Positions 10,767 through 23,919 are shown, counted from the whole stretch's first letter. The stretch: 61,486 bases of DNA, filler included, from 14 parts of 14 records of this genome joined end to end with filler, not necessarily neighbours in it; one strand, 5' to 3'. The notes: a model not told the origin generated them from the sequence alone. Numbers and translations: made by a program.

Positions 10767-13700
10767 CCCCCAGACTTCTCGGTTGCTTCGGTCACAGCAG
10801 GTGTGTCGGAAGAGCTTAAAGTACTTTTTCGTGCTTTCTTTGTTTCGCGCAGCCCCATCGCCAGTCTAGAAGCCTGCCGCAGTTCCGTCAGTTCGGCGTC
10901 CTCTGCATTGACATCCTCCTCTGCGAAGGTTGCCGCTGCAGCGCTACCGCGCGCTGCAGAATGCGACGATGTCCCATCGCGTGCTGTGTGCTTGCCTACT
11001 TTCTCAGCAGCTGCTTCATCACTTGTCACAGCACGTGGTCGTTTGTTGCCGCGCGACGATACTGCTGCAGCCGCTCCTCGTGCACCACTCGATCCGCGCT
11101 GGCGCTTCGGCTTCCTGGTGAGCAGTCGCTTGGGCGGAACGTAAATGTGACCAACAATGCGCTTTGCTTTGGCCTTCTCAGCCGCCGCTGCCCTGGAAGC
11201 ACTGCGGCGCGCAGAGAGACTAGCCAGCGAACCACTCCGCTGACTGCCGCCGAACAACCGTGGCGACATCATCGAAATGGAGTTCGAGCGGTCGTCTTCC
11301 TCGAGGTCGTCAGTCGGCACTGTCGCTGTTGGCGGCGCTCTAGTTGACATATCGACGTTGACAGAGAGTCTGGCACCGCTACCGTTGCCCCTCGAGCCTG
11401 CTTTCGGCGAAGTCGTTGTCAATTCGGCGGGTTCAGCTTCGAAGTACTCGCCCGGGGGGACCACGATAGGTTTGAGCTCATAGGAAGGACGCTGCCGTGA
11501 GTGCGTCGAGCAGAAACATTCGTACGTCATATGATCGAGCGCAACGCGCGGATCAGCGTTCGCACACTCATAGTGGTATGCATTGCGGCAGATCGTTCCA
11601 CTGCTACTAGTACCTCTGGTGGTGACCAGCGCACAGCAGTCAACTGTCGCACCGAAGCCCTTGCATTTCATGCAGCGAGTCTGGACCCCTTTCCGCAACG
11701 CCTTGCGCACATCTGACGAGTCAATAAACCCATTCACGTCGGCCACCACTTGTTGAGAGAAGAGCAGGCAGTGCTCATGCACGTAGAAGCTCTCGTCGCC
11801 GTATGGACCAACCAGCACACCACCCTTGGTACAAATCGAACACCGCTCCTGATCGCGTAAGCCCGAGCCGCTTTCGCCGCCGAGCCCGGAACAGAGGCCA
11901 CCGCTGGCAAAGTGTCCATCAATAAGCGCGATGCTTTCGTCTATGTCTTCCAATGCTTTCCATACCACGCAGTAAGCTGAAATGGCAGGTGACGGTGGGA
12001 CTTTGTCTTCATGATCCTTTGTGTTCTGGTGGTCTCCATCGAGTCTCTCATCGGCATTTTCCATGTCCTCGTTTTTGGGCACCGGGGTTGCCTTTGTCTC
12101 AGTCTCGGCCTCCTTGGCCGCATCCATCTGTTCGCCATTTGCCACCGGCTCAGTGTTGTCATTGTCCACGTCCATATACTCAGCCTGGACTTCATCCGCA
12201 GCCTTGTGGATGACCTCATCCGTGGGCTCGAGCTGCACTGGCCCCTCCCCTATCTTACCCTCTGCTTCGCTGGCACTGATTTTTTCACCGTCCTTGGCAA
12301 TTGTTGCGTCATGTGGTGTCTCCGAAGATATCGCGGCCCCTGCCCCTGCTGGCTCTTCGACCACCATATCTGCTGCTGCACTCGCCTGAGGCTCGCGATA
12401 CTCTGCCGCAACTTTCTTTCGCAGTTGTTTAGCACAGTGAATACATGAAAAGCGATCATGATCGTCAGCGGAAGACGCATTCGCAGAAGAGTTAGCTGCA
12501 GCGTCTTGGGCGCCATTGCTGGGTCCTTGGATCACCACCACTGCTACGTAGCAGCTTTGACTACACATTTCACAGTAGACACCTTGTTGGACCAGTTCAT
12601 TCACATCAGTATCTGCTGCACCTGCCATCTTCAAAGGGACACCATCTGCCTCCACTTGCAGGAACAGGCGCTCGTACTCCTCACGTAGCATCCAGAGCTC
12701 CGTTCGTGCGCCTGACAGTACGCTATCGCTAGCTACCGCACGTCGACTCAGCGGAGCAGGTGGAAGAGATCCGACTGCGGTCTCCCCTGGACGAAGCTTT
12801 GCTGCTGCCGTGATTGAGCCGGCTAGGTCGAAGAGCAATTGCTCGTGGGGAATGATTGAGATCTTGAGTCTACTCTTGCGGTAGCGAACCATCACCTTGC
12901 GGCCGAACGGCAGCCAGTCGGGGGTTGCGAAGTTGACCGCTTCACCGATATTCGCACCATGACTGAAACCTGCATGGTACGCACGCGGGAAAGTCACAAC
13001 GAAATGCCCAGCCTCCTGCAAAGCCCGAGTAACTTTCAGCCCACGTTTAACCAACCAGTCGGGTGTCGGCCACATGATGCTCTTCAAATATTGTAAGTCT
13101 GGGTGCTTCGTCGTTTGACGTTTCGCCTGCTCGCGGAAGTGCTTTTCGAACTTGGCAGCGTTGCTTGAGGGAAGGCCATACCAAGTCTTCGGGCAGCCAG
13201 AGTGCAGGTATGAAATTGAGTACAGGTCGTTGTCCTCGGCATGCCAGCAGAACTGTGAATAGATCATGCCAAAGTACATCATCGGCGAGGTTACGCCTGG
13301 GATCTTCTGACGCAAGAACTTCAGAACGTTGTTCGGTAGCTGCACAAATTTTGCCAGATTCCAGTCACACATTGTCTTGTTCATGCCTGACGCCGATATG
13401 TCTGTCGAGTAAAATGTTTCAGTGACGCTCTTTGAGGAGCTGTCGCGAGGTGAAGTCTTCGTCGGGGATGCCATGTCTTCCTCTGAAGCTCCGGCGGCAG
13501 TGGCTTCGTCTGGTGGTGTGTCAGAGGGCATGTCGCCAGCAGAATTAGAGCTCGAGCTGCAGGCAGCAGTGTTAAACCCGGTTCGTCGCGCCATATCTGC
13601 TGTTGCACTGGCTGCCCACTTGCTACCCAGAGCAGTCAACCGCGGGCCCAGTGTTGCTGCTTCTGTGGGAGCAGATGCGTCAGACTGTGGCTGCGTGTCA

Positions 13701-16338
13701 GTCGCTATGCTAGTGCCATTACTGCCGCCGGACTCATTGGACACCGGTTCGTTCGCAGGTTGTTCTCCATCTGCTCCTTTTGCAGGTACTGCCTCGCTGT
13801 GAGGCTCTGTCTTAATTTGAGCAGCAGACCCAGCGCCATCACTGTCACTGGCGCTGGCGCTAGCGGTAACATCGTCAGCCGTATCGTCCGGTGCCGGTGC
13901 AGCGGCCTTTTTTGGTGACCCCTTCGATGGGCTGCCTCCTTTTGATTTGCCTTTGCTCGGCGAACTTACGACCTCAGTCTGAGCTATCTCCTCTCCTTGT
14001 TCAATAAGGTCCCAGAAAGCTGCCTCTGTGTAGGCTACCTGTTCAGTCACAAATTTAATCATATCCTGCTCCGTAACATCTTGTCCTTTCTTCGCTCGGG
14101 GATCTGTCTCGCCAAGAAGTTTTGCGGATTTGCTACGGCTGAATTCCCGCCACGACTCTGCTGTAAACTGCCGGGCCAAGGACGGGAAACCAGGGGCAAG
14201 GCCGTCAGGGGGAACACCGTACAGCTTCTGTGATCTGGCACCGAAGCTGAGGTTTGGCTTGAGTTTGAGGACGGCACTCCAGCTCGGTGGGGGCACAATT
14301 TTGCAGATGCCGTACTTCTCTGCGTCAGGGCGGATGCTGTCTATGTAAGCCATCGGATCGGTAAACTCCTTTTCGGTCGGACGGAAGATAGGCGCATCGA
14401 CGACGCCGCTCACACCACCAGGGATCGCCGGTGGCTCAGGGGCCTGCGCGTTCTCATCGACAGCTTTCTGCCTACGCACGTGCTCCTGCTGAATTTCCAA
14501 GTGTCGACTGAGTAGCTTGACGCTGATCGACTGGCGCTTTGCGGCCACCGTCTTGGACAAACCGTTGTGCATCACGTCGTACACTGCCTGCTGAATTCTC
14601 TCTTCTTTCGATGCAGCGGCAGCCTCTTGCGCTTCCTGCTTTGCTGTCTCCTCCTCTGCAGCTGTCGACAAAGCTTCATCGGAAGCGTCAAGATTGATGT
14701 CATCATCTCCTCCGACATCTTGGATAAGCAGTTGATTAGCAGGCTTGCCCCTGGAGTGGTTGATGCAGGTGACAGTTCGCTTTTCAATGTCCAGGGCGCA
14801 GTGCGGACTTTCGTTCGCACACGCAAGGTGCAGGGCCGCGCGGCACCCTTCGTGAGCACAGCGCGTGTTGGCACCCTTGTTGCCGCAGATCATGCAGATC
14901 TGCCGCAGGGCGCCTCTGATTGCACCCATCACGTGACGCATGTTTCCATTAGTTGAGCGCGTCTTGACCTGTGGGCACCACAATAGGCAGGATCGGTGGC
15001 ACATATGCCTCTTGTCGTGTGCATTATTGTTGCCGTCCTTTGAGTTGGTGAGTCTATAAGGACCGGCCAGCGGGTCTCGCTCCGACGAGGGGCGGCGGCA
15101 CATGGCACACGATGACATCGTCTCAACGTACGATGACTCACGAGTGTTTGATGAATCCTTCTTGTTCGCGGCCCGTAAGGAGCGATTCCTCGATTCTTCC
15201 CTCTCCACGTGCTCAGCTTTGGCGCGTGCCTCAGCGACTCGCCGAGCATGGTACTGAACCTGCGCGGCGTGAAGCTGCAGGTAATCGATCGGTCCGAAGG
15301 CATTTGTCCGCTCAATCTCAGCCAAGCAGCGACTCCGAAGACCCGCGAACTTTTCGCCAGCGTGGGACTTCAACGCTCTCCATGCATCCTCCAGATTCAC
15401 GTACGTCAGTCGGCCGAACGGATATCGGCTGTCGGTCTGTATCTTCTTGAAAGCCATCCAGTCTTCGCCATATTGCTCTACCCCATGGATCAGGGCAACC
15501 TGCTGCTTCTCAGGCAGCATGTACTTCCTGCTTTTGCGATCTCCTGACGGGCTGAGCGGCCCAGCCTTTGAAGCAGCTCGTGGCGACCGCGGGTTTCCCA
15601 TGGCCGATCCGGATTGCTGTCCGTCGGCTAATCTCCAGCTGTCGAGGAATGGCGGCGGCGCGGCTGGTCCGAGACAGTATCCGTCGATGCGTGAGCTACT
15701 CGTGCGGTAACGCTCTGATGCTGAGTACGCAGACGTGTGTACTTCAAAGAATCCGAGCTCATTTGCCCCAAGCCCGGCCCCATGCGGACCGAGCCAAGCC
15801 TCATCGATAACTTGAAACAGGGAGCCGCTCGGTACGTCCTCGTCCCTGCCACCTGGAACCAAAGCTGTGTACTCGACGTATATGAGAGGCTTCGCAGCCG
15901 GTGCGTGGGGCTCACCCTTCACTGGCGTGGCAGAGCCGTCCGGCAGCGCAGCCTCTGAGCGCGCAGAGCTGGACGGTGCGTCCATCTCGACGGAGGCTGC
16001 GCTGCCACCGACGGGCGTGGCAGAGGCGGCATCACCATCGATCACAGCAGTGGAGCTGCTGCTGTCTGGGCCGCCTGGAGCCGGCTCGACACGGCCCACA
16101 CGTCGCCGCAGCAGCGGGCAGGCGGGCGGGACATCCAGCCACGCATCGCCCCCCCCGATTGGGTGAAATGCATCCTTACTGCCCGTGCGCTCGCGCTTGG
16201 GCTTCTCGAGAAAGGTCATGCCGGCTCGGAAGCCCGTATCCGGGCGCACCTGCTCTGCCATGTTCTTGATGAGGAAGAAGCTCTGCTCCCACGGGAGGAC
16301 GCCTTGGCGCGCCGCCTCCGTGATCTTCTCGATCAGGC
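10767..16338 (-). CDS. JmjN/JmjC histone lysine demethylase (KDM5/JARID-like catalytic core) with two extended PHD fingers, C5HC2-like finger, Myb-like and psq-like HTH regions; partial at both ends
   Basis: Intronless frame across the whole contig. JmjN APIFRPTEKEFTDPMAYIDSIRPDAEKYGICKIVPP. JmjC with Fe ligands in FCWHAED...AYHAGFSHG and KTWY. ePHD motifs CHRSCLLWCPQV...CMICGNKGA...HLACA and VHEHCLLFSQQV...CMKCKGFGATVDC...YHYECA. Zn-finger-like CEMCSQSCYV...CIHC. Confidence 0.9.
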
Positions 16339-16816
16339 NNNNNNNNNNNNNNNNNNNNNNNNNNNNNNNNNNNNNNNNNNNNTTAATTAATTAANNNNNN
16401 NNNNNNNNNNNNNNNNNNNNNNNNNNNNNNNNNNNNNNTGAATAGGGCTGCGAGTACCATAGCTGCGCTGAGTAAAGGGAGGGTAGAGGCAGTGGCTTCA
16501 AAATTCAATACTAGCCGACTACTAGTATGAAGCGCCGCGCGCGGTCTGGAGTAAGCGGAGAATGTCCCGGATACCGTAGGATTCCTAGCTCTGAGAAGCT
16601 ACCGTACGGGGATAGTCTGAAGTCTCCGGAGTCCGCGCGCGGCGCGCGCGCCGGCCGGGCGCACCCCGCACCGGCAGCGCGAGCGCGGCTCTGCGGGTGG
16701 CGGTCTTGCTCGCTACGGCGTCGTCGCGCCGCTACGGTACAGATTCAAATATATAGTCGCGTCTCCGCCCGTCGCTCCCTGCTGGTGCGCACGCTCGCAG
16801 GTTGCAGTTGTTCGAG

Positions 16817-17659
16817 ATGGGCAAAAAGCGGAACGGCGTGAATAACAAGCTGAAGGGGCCGGCCAAATGGCAGAAAGGCAGCCGAGAAGCACGCAAACTG
16901 CAGCAATCGAGACGGGACGCCAAGCTGGCGAAGGCAGCCAAGAACGAAGCGTTGTTACTGCAGTCGATCGGCGATCCAGTGCTGGCGGGGCTCGCAGCTG
17001 CTGGGGCTGCCTCGGACCAGCAGGTGGGGCTCAAGCGTTCTCGCGGCGCCGTGCCATCTTCCGGCCAGCTACCAGATGGTGCCGTGCATGAGGCACACCA
17101 GCCTGAGCCCACAGCTACAGCTGCAGCCACCCCGGACACTCTAAGCACCGTGGTGCCCGGTCTGGTATCCGCGGTGGAGCAGCAGCTTGCCACTGACGCT
17201 GGGTGGTCACGGCTGCGGAACTGGATGCTGCCGCGGCTACAGCGCTGCTGCGACGTCGACGCTGCCGTCATTGCACAGTACACGAGCGACCTCCTCCGCG
17301 CGAAGCCAGTGGAGCAGTGGCCAGAGGCTTTACCTCGCGAGCTCACTACATTTTCGCGCAGCAAGGCTGCAGCTCACGAACTCGCAACAGAGATGCTAAG
17401 TGCCATTCGCGACGGCAGTGCAACAGCATCATGCAGCGCGACAATCGCAGCAGCCAGCACGGCCATGGCTAACAGACAGCAGCTCAAAGAAGACGCCACG
17501 GGAACCAAAAAAGAAAAGAGACGACGCGTAAAAAAGCGGAAGGCGCCGAAGAAGGCTGGGTGGACAGCCGCAACTGATCCTACCTCAGGCGAGATTTACT
17601 ATTACCATTCAATTACGCGGGAGACATCCTGGACAAGGCCGCAAGGTTTTTCACCCTGA
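16817..17659 (+). CDS. PWI-like domain plus C-terminal WW domain protein
   Basis: Basic N-terminus. RLRNWMLPRLQRCCDVDAAVIAQYTSDLL resembles the RBM26/27-type PWI domain. WW motif GWTAATDPTSGEIYYYHSITRETSWTRP. Confidence 0.75.
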   Translation: MGKKRNGVNNKLKGPAKWQKGSREARKLQQSRRDAKLAKAAKNEALLLQSIGDPVLAGLAAAGAASDQQVGLKRSRGAVPSSGQLPDGAVHEAHQPEPTATAAATPDTLSTVVPGLVSAVEQQLATDAGWSRLRNWMLPRLQRCCDVDAAVIAQYTSDLLRAKPVEQWPEALPRELTTFSRSKAAAHELATEMLSAIRDGSATASCSATIAAASTAMANRQQLKEDATGTKKEKRRRVKKRKAPKKAGWTAATDPTSGEIYYYHSITRETSWTRPQGFSP

Positions 17660-17713
17660 ACGTGGCGACCTCATGCTCGCATTGCGTTGCAGCCTTCCGG
17701 CAGTTGCATACCC

Positions 17714-19829
17714 TTATTCCACGTCCAGTTCGGAAGGCTCGGTTGCCTCCTCCACGGTTGACAACGGGTCTCTAGCAGAATCTTCTGCCACGCTGGCTGC
17801 CCATTCATTTGCCGCTGCGGGCGAAACCCCTCCCCCTAAATGTATATGCAAGTGCATACCACTCGCAGAAGATCCGCTGTCACCGCGTTGCTGCTGCTGC
17901 TGCCCGGCGGTAGCAGCGGCTAGAGCTGGTGCAGTCAATGGGCAATTACCGTAGCGGTGACGGGCGGGTGGGCGGCGGCGGCAGCAGTGGCAGCATAAAA
18001 TAAACAGAGTCAGCGAGAAGAATGCAATGCAGTGAACGGCAAGATTCGACAACGTACGTACCAGTCAGTATATCTTCCCGTCCTCCGCCACCAGTCCCAC
18101 TCAGCACAGCACGAAGGGCGCCTTCTGCAGTATCTGACTCACCTCGGGCTCCTGCCTCCTTGTCTGTATCAGCCTCAGTCTCGCCGCCACCCGTGCTGCC
18201 TTGATTTGGTGGCTTCCATGCTACGTCTGGCATGTTGGCCCCTGGTCTGTATGTGTTGCTTCGACTGCCTGCAGCCTTGCGCCGGTTCGACGCAAGGTCT
18301 TGCTGGTACTCCTTCGACGACTCCTTGGTCAGTGCATCACCACCGCCTATCACTTCCAAAAAGTCGTCTAGCACCAGTTTGCGTAAACATCTACTAGTTT
18401 GGCTGCTGGTGTTGCTGTTGTCCATTGCGTCGCCAGGCCGCGTCAACCCAGCCTGTCCCTGCTGCTGCTCTGCTACCATCTCGTCTACAGCCGCACGGAC
18501 AGGGCCAAATGCAGCAGCCCTGCACAACTCGTGTAGATCGCTGCCAGAATAACTGCGGCAACAGCAAGCGCGTGATGGCGAAAAAGAACAAGCTTTCAGC
18601 AACTGATATCCTGAGGGTGCAAAAGGACCAGCGTTACAGTTGACGCACTTGTCCGTCCGTTTCGCGAGCTCGTTGATGTCATCCATGCTTACATCAGCCG
18701 ACGGATCTGGGCAGAGGATTACTCTCAAAATCTGCACACGCTGGTTGAACGACGGCAAGCCTACTTTGAAAGAACGGCTGAGCCGGCGTTGGATGGCCTC
18801 GTCGATATCCCACGGACGATTTGAGGCACCGAGCACAATCACAGCGTTGTTTTCATCCGTACCTAGAATGCCGTTCGCACAGAAGTCAAGTCGGGTGCCG
18901 AAAAAGGAAAACTACAAAGACTGAGCGTGGCACCGCCAAAGTAGCAAGATAGGACAGCAATCTAAGCCGTGGGCCAGCTGCCGGCTCAACGGACCGATGC
19001 CATCCCAGAGAGTCATGAACTCGCATTTCATGTCCGCGTGTGCCTGGTGGTCGTTGCTGGAGCGCTCCCGCAAGAACGCGTCGATCTCATCGATGAAAAT
19101 GATCGTTGGCTGCAACATTCGCGACACGTGCCCAACATAGTCAGCCAAGCACAGATGTAGCGAAGGCTGACAGGAGCTGAACGTGGACAGCTGGCAACGC
19201 GGCAGGACGGCGCCGGTCACCTGCAGCTTGACCGCGAGTTTGAAAACTGCGCGCACGAGCTTGACCGACTCGCCAAACCATTTGTTTTGGAGTGTCGACT
19301 GCGAGAGATTGATGAAGCGCGCGCCGCTCTGCTTGGCGATGGCTTTGGCCATCATCGTTTTGCCAGTCCCGGGCGGGCCGTACAGCAGGATGCCTTTGGG
19401 CGGACGCAGCAGCTTCCCCGTGAAGAGCTCTGGATGCTGGAGCGGAAACACGACCAGCTCGACGATTGACCGCTTGACCTTCTCCATGCCACCGATCTCG
19501 TCGAAGCCGACGTTGATGTCGTCTGGATTGAGCACGTCGCCGCACAGTGAAGCTTCGTGCTCATCTAGCGGGCCCGTCACCTCCTCTGTCAGCCCTAGCC
19601 GGTCTAGCATCTGCTTTTTGGTCTGGGCAGACTTGTCCTTCTCCTCACGCTGCGGGTCCAGCAGGTAGAACATTGCGCGCATGCTGCAGTACGTCACGAT
19701 GCCGCCAACCACCAGTGTCACCGTCTCCCGCAGCAGCTGCTTCGTCGTGATCTGCGCCGTATCCTCCGTCCGCACCGCCAGCGCCGCCGCATCACGCCAA
19801 GACAGCTTCTCCGCCGCCACGTCCGCCAT
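17714..19829 (-). CDS. ATAD1: ATAD1/Msp1-like membrane-anchored AAA+ ATPase; 4 introns
   Basis: N-terminal TM segment, VGFDEIGG, Walker A GPPGTGKT, pore loop KWFGES, Walker B IIFIDEID, MKCEFMTLWDG, SRH VLGASNRPWDIDEAIQRRL, YSGSDL. GT-AG introns (e.g. 19110-19220) restore the conserved AAA sequence. Confidence 0.9.
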
Positions 19830-20408
19830 CGCCGCGGCCCCCAACAACTCAACTTCGCGCTGTCGATAGATACCGCACTGCTCGACGCACGGGCAGGGCG
19901 CTGAACGGCTCTCCGCCGGCGCCGCGATGCTCAGCTCTATCGACCTCTACAGTAGCGAGCCTCACAGAACAACGTGGCTCTGGCCACGTGCAACACCGCC
20001 GGGCGCGGTACTGTACTGGCTGGCTTGCTGACGTCTGCGATGACGGGTACGGTGCCGTCGTCGTCACCGGCGGCCGCGCATGCGCTGATGCTCGTCAGCA
20101 GGATGCTGCATGCTGATGCTCGCGCGCTGGACGGCCGGCGCGAGGCGGAGCACAGAATCCAATCCGCAGGAATCAGAATTACGAATTACGATTTATCAAT
20201 TACAAGTCTCAAGTGCAAGCAGTAATACCACTACTAGTAGCAACATGCCTAAGAAACGGCTATGCCANNNNNNNNNNNNNNNNNNNNNNNNNNNNNNNNN
20301 NNNNNNNNNNNTTAATTAATTAANNNNNNNNNNNNNNNNNNNNNNNNNNNNNNNNNNNNNNNNNNNNATCAGCAACACCCCAACGAAGAGATTCACCTGA
20401 GCCTGCAG

Positions 20409-23233
20409 GTGCCGTCGCGTCGATCGACGCTGTCGGTGTCAACAGCTCAACCTTGGCCACGGCCGTGCGTGTCGGTGCACGTCAGATCACAGCCAAGTCG
20501 AACGCCACCGTGCGTGTGGACGATCCTGCTGCGGAAACTCATCTGGTACTATCCATCGATTCATCACATGGCCCGGAGGGCTTCACGATAACCGACCTCC
20601 CAGCTGGAAAGACGGGTGCAGCGATTGTTGGCGGGGATGCTCGAGGAGTGTACTACGGCCTGGGTCGCCTGCTGCGAAACTCGACGTTCGGCGTAGGCTT
20701 TGTTCCAGGAACCTGGCGCGGTATCGACGCTCCCCGGCTGCGGAACAGCTTTCGCGCTGCATATTTTGCGGTGCACTACAACAACTTCTACGCTGCAGCC
20801 CCAGTCGATGACTTGGCGACTTACCTTGAGGATATTGCGCTGTGGGGCGTGAACACCCTCGTTGTCTTGCTGCCTGGACCGAGCTCGTATGCGAATGGTG
20901 AGCGAACTACTGTGCCAGATGCGCCCCAGATCCCGGCACTGAAGAACAAAACACGCGTCTTGCTCAAGCTCGCTCGCGATATTGGTATGTCGCCTGCCGT
21001 GATCATTGTGCCTAACCAAGGCTTTGACAACGGCACGAACGGTCACCTGCAAGGTCACAGCCCGATTCCTTACACACCATTTCCAGACCCACTGCACGTG
21101 CGTGGCAACCTGGGCGCGCTAACATGCCCGTTCAAAGGGCACGAATACTTGGTAAACATCATCCGAACCGAGCTGGAATGGTATCAAGACATCGGACTTG
21201 ACTGGCTGGTGTTCTGGCCGTACGACGAAGGTGGATGTGGCTGCCATGACGATTGGCCATGTAAGCCTCGACATCATGCCACCCATCACATGATTATGAT
21301 CACTCTTGTAGGCTGCCCGGGAAGACTGGGGATGATACTGTAGACGCGGACACCTAGAGACAGCAATCAGCAGCCAATTATATGGCGATTCAAACACGCC
21401 GCTCTAGCTCTGCTTCGGATTTGCTCTGCTGTTGTAGATGTGCTACGCACGAGTTAATCTAGTCGCTGTGTGGTATTGCAGGGGGCGGCAAGGGCTTTCC
21501 AAGAATTAGCTCCAAGGTAGCGACCATGGCACGTGAGATCTATCCCAACATCCGCTCGATCGTCAGCACCTGGGTGTTTGACAAGCCAATCGTCAACGGC
21601 TCTGAGTATGAGGGCCTCGACAACTTCATCAAAGCCGAAAAGGCCCGGAGCTCATCGTCCGGATCGACCTCGAACTTCAGCTTTGCGATGGTAGATGACC
21701 ACGGTGACTTCCCGCTCTGGCCATTGCAACATGGTGGGGGTACAGTTGGAGGGTTGCCTCTGCTGAACTTCCCAGAGATTAGCATGTGGGGCCGGTCTCC
21801 ATGGGGAGGCTGGGGCGCAAATCCACTCCCAACGCGCTTCGAAGGACTTTGGCAGCAAACGAAAGGCGCAGTGCTCGGTGGCATGCCCTACTCCGAAGGT
21901 GTGTCCACTCTATCGATTTCACCCTATAGCAGCCAATTCCTGCTGCCACTGCCTCGAGTTGTGGTCCAATAATCTTGAAGGTTTACAACTTGCCGCTCCT
22001 GTGCTGTTGCCACGGATGAAATCTGACACTGGATCGTCTATGTACTTGCGTGCACTCACAGGAATCTACGAAGATATGAACTCAGTGATTGCCTGGCAGC
22101 ATTATTGGAATGCTACAAACGCGAACGAGAGTCTGCGCGAGTACGCACACGCGGCACTTTGCATCTCGGTGCTTTTCGAAATCTGCAGGCAGTACAGCAT
22201 GATACACACTTGCCTGTAGTGGCTAGTGGGTGACAGATTAGTATCAGTGGTGTAGTACTAGATCTAGATGCACTGCTTACGATGACATCGTATGGCTCTT
22301 TGTTGCTGGCTGGTTGGTCAGGTACGTGCAATTTGAGTACTCGGCCGATCCACAGAATGTTGCAGATGTCATGCAAGCGATTGGGCTTCTGGAGCTGACA
22401 TGGACCTCACAGCGAAAGAACGTCGCGATGACCGCTCAGGCGTTCTCGTTGTTGAGTGCGGTTGACAAACGCCTCACTGCACAGGCGAGAAGTGGCTGGC
22501 GCTGGCGGATTTTGTTACTCCGCGCTGAGGTCGACGCGCTGCTCGCTGCCAATGGCAATCAAATGGTCACTCACCACCATTTCTCAGCACTTGTGTATAG
22601 GTCGTGCACCGTTTCTACAGCTGTTATGAGTTCGGGTTCTAACATGTCATGATGCTTCGCGGTTGGTTGCGCTTTTTTGACTTGCTCACAGTGGGGACCA
22701 CAACTTTGCAAGGACATGGCTGAGCTCACGGCAATCCAACACGCCAACGCCTCTTCCTGCTGTCGACCAGCCGAAGTCCCCTGCCACAAGCCAGCTCCGT
22801 CGCCCACCCCGTCGCCGCCTGCCATTCTAAAGGAATGCCCGAACCATCATTTCAACGGCAATTTTGTGCCATGGGTGCGGGCTCCCAATGCTTCAAATGT
22901 CTTCGGCGTGAAGGAGGGCGTCCATAACGTCGGCGTGCGTTTGCGTTTTCATTCAATCGTCTGTGGACTAGCAGTGCTGACGCTCCTCGCTCTACCGTGC
23001 CGCAGATACCATTCCTTGGTCTGTTCGCAAGCGAAGACGGTTGCCGACATGCGTGCGAACAGCTCTCAAACTGCACGCAGTACTCGTGGTCGGGTCGAGT
23101 GGAGGGCTCGGCCATCTACAGTCCCTGGAACAACCACTGTTACGGCCGGTGCGACGACCTGTGGAATCTACACTCAACTCCACACGGTGGCATCCCCCCA
23201 GTAAGCGCGAGGCGGGTGCCGCCGGCACGGTGA
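20409..23233 (+). CDS. Putative glycoside hydrolase (GH20/GH67-like N-terminal module + TIM-barrel-like core) with C-terminal Cys-rich Apple/PAN-like module; 5'-partial, 5 internal introns
   Basis: Exons 20409-21260, 21482-21898, 22062-22140, 22322-22565, 22692-22934 and 23006-23233 splice in frame via GT-AG. Motifs PEGFTI...IVGGDARGVYYGLGRLL, HYNNFY, WPYDEGGCGCHDDWPWG, FPEISMWG, PYSEGIYEDMN. A Pro-rich linker precedes CRHACEQLSNCTQYSW...CYGR. Confidence 0.65.
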
Positions 23234-23788
23234 TGTTGTGCAGAGGCGCCGACAAAGGTCGAATCGACAACAAAATTCGACGAGCATACAAGGGCTCGCA
23301 TCGGTCGACGATGTTGATCAGACGGCCTCTCGCAATCGTGTGCCCAATGTCTTTATTATAGATGCCATGTGTAGCCAATTCCCAGGCAGGTACTGGCTGG
23401 CCGGCAGACGCCCAGGGCGTTGTTTATTCTCCAAAGACTAAGAAGCCAGGATTGAGGATAGGCCACGCACCCTCGTGACTGTACCGTAATGTACTAGATC
23501 TACATAGTACCAGTACCGTAATGCATGTAGATTTAACGATTCATCGCGCGCGCCTCGATCGATCGCGATCGCGCGCGCGCGCGCGCGCGTACCGCACAGC
23601 TATGCGTATGTACGAGTCGGCCTACTGGCGGCTAACAACCTAACATGCATGTGCCCAGGTTGAAATTAGTCATAAGTCAACTGCACACCGCGGTGTGTGG
23701 CTGGCTCATTTTGATTTTCCCTTTTCGGCGTAGGTATAGATCGCGCTCGCTAGTGGGGGAGCACAGAGATGCAAGAGCGGGTGCTGTC

Positions 23789-23813
23789 GCAGCAGCAGCA
23801 GCAGCAGCAGCAG
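23789..23813. repeat. (GCA)n microsatellite at contig end
   Basis: About 8 copies of gca directly before the linker. Confidence 0.9.
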
Positions 23814-23919
23814 NNNNNNNNNNNNNNNNNNNNNNNNNNNNNNNNNNNNNNNNNNNNTTAATTAATTAANNNNNNNNNNNNNNNNNNNNNNNNNNNNNNN
23901 NNNNNNNNNNNNNGGTGGC

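Noticed and set aside
19110..19220. Apparent insertions within conserved domains in the ORF translations (ATAD1, kinase ectodomain, PPEF)
   Set aside because: Explained by stop-free 3n GT-AG introns; not inteins or novel loops.
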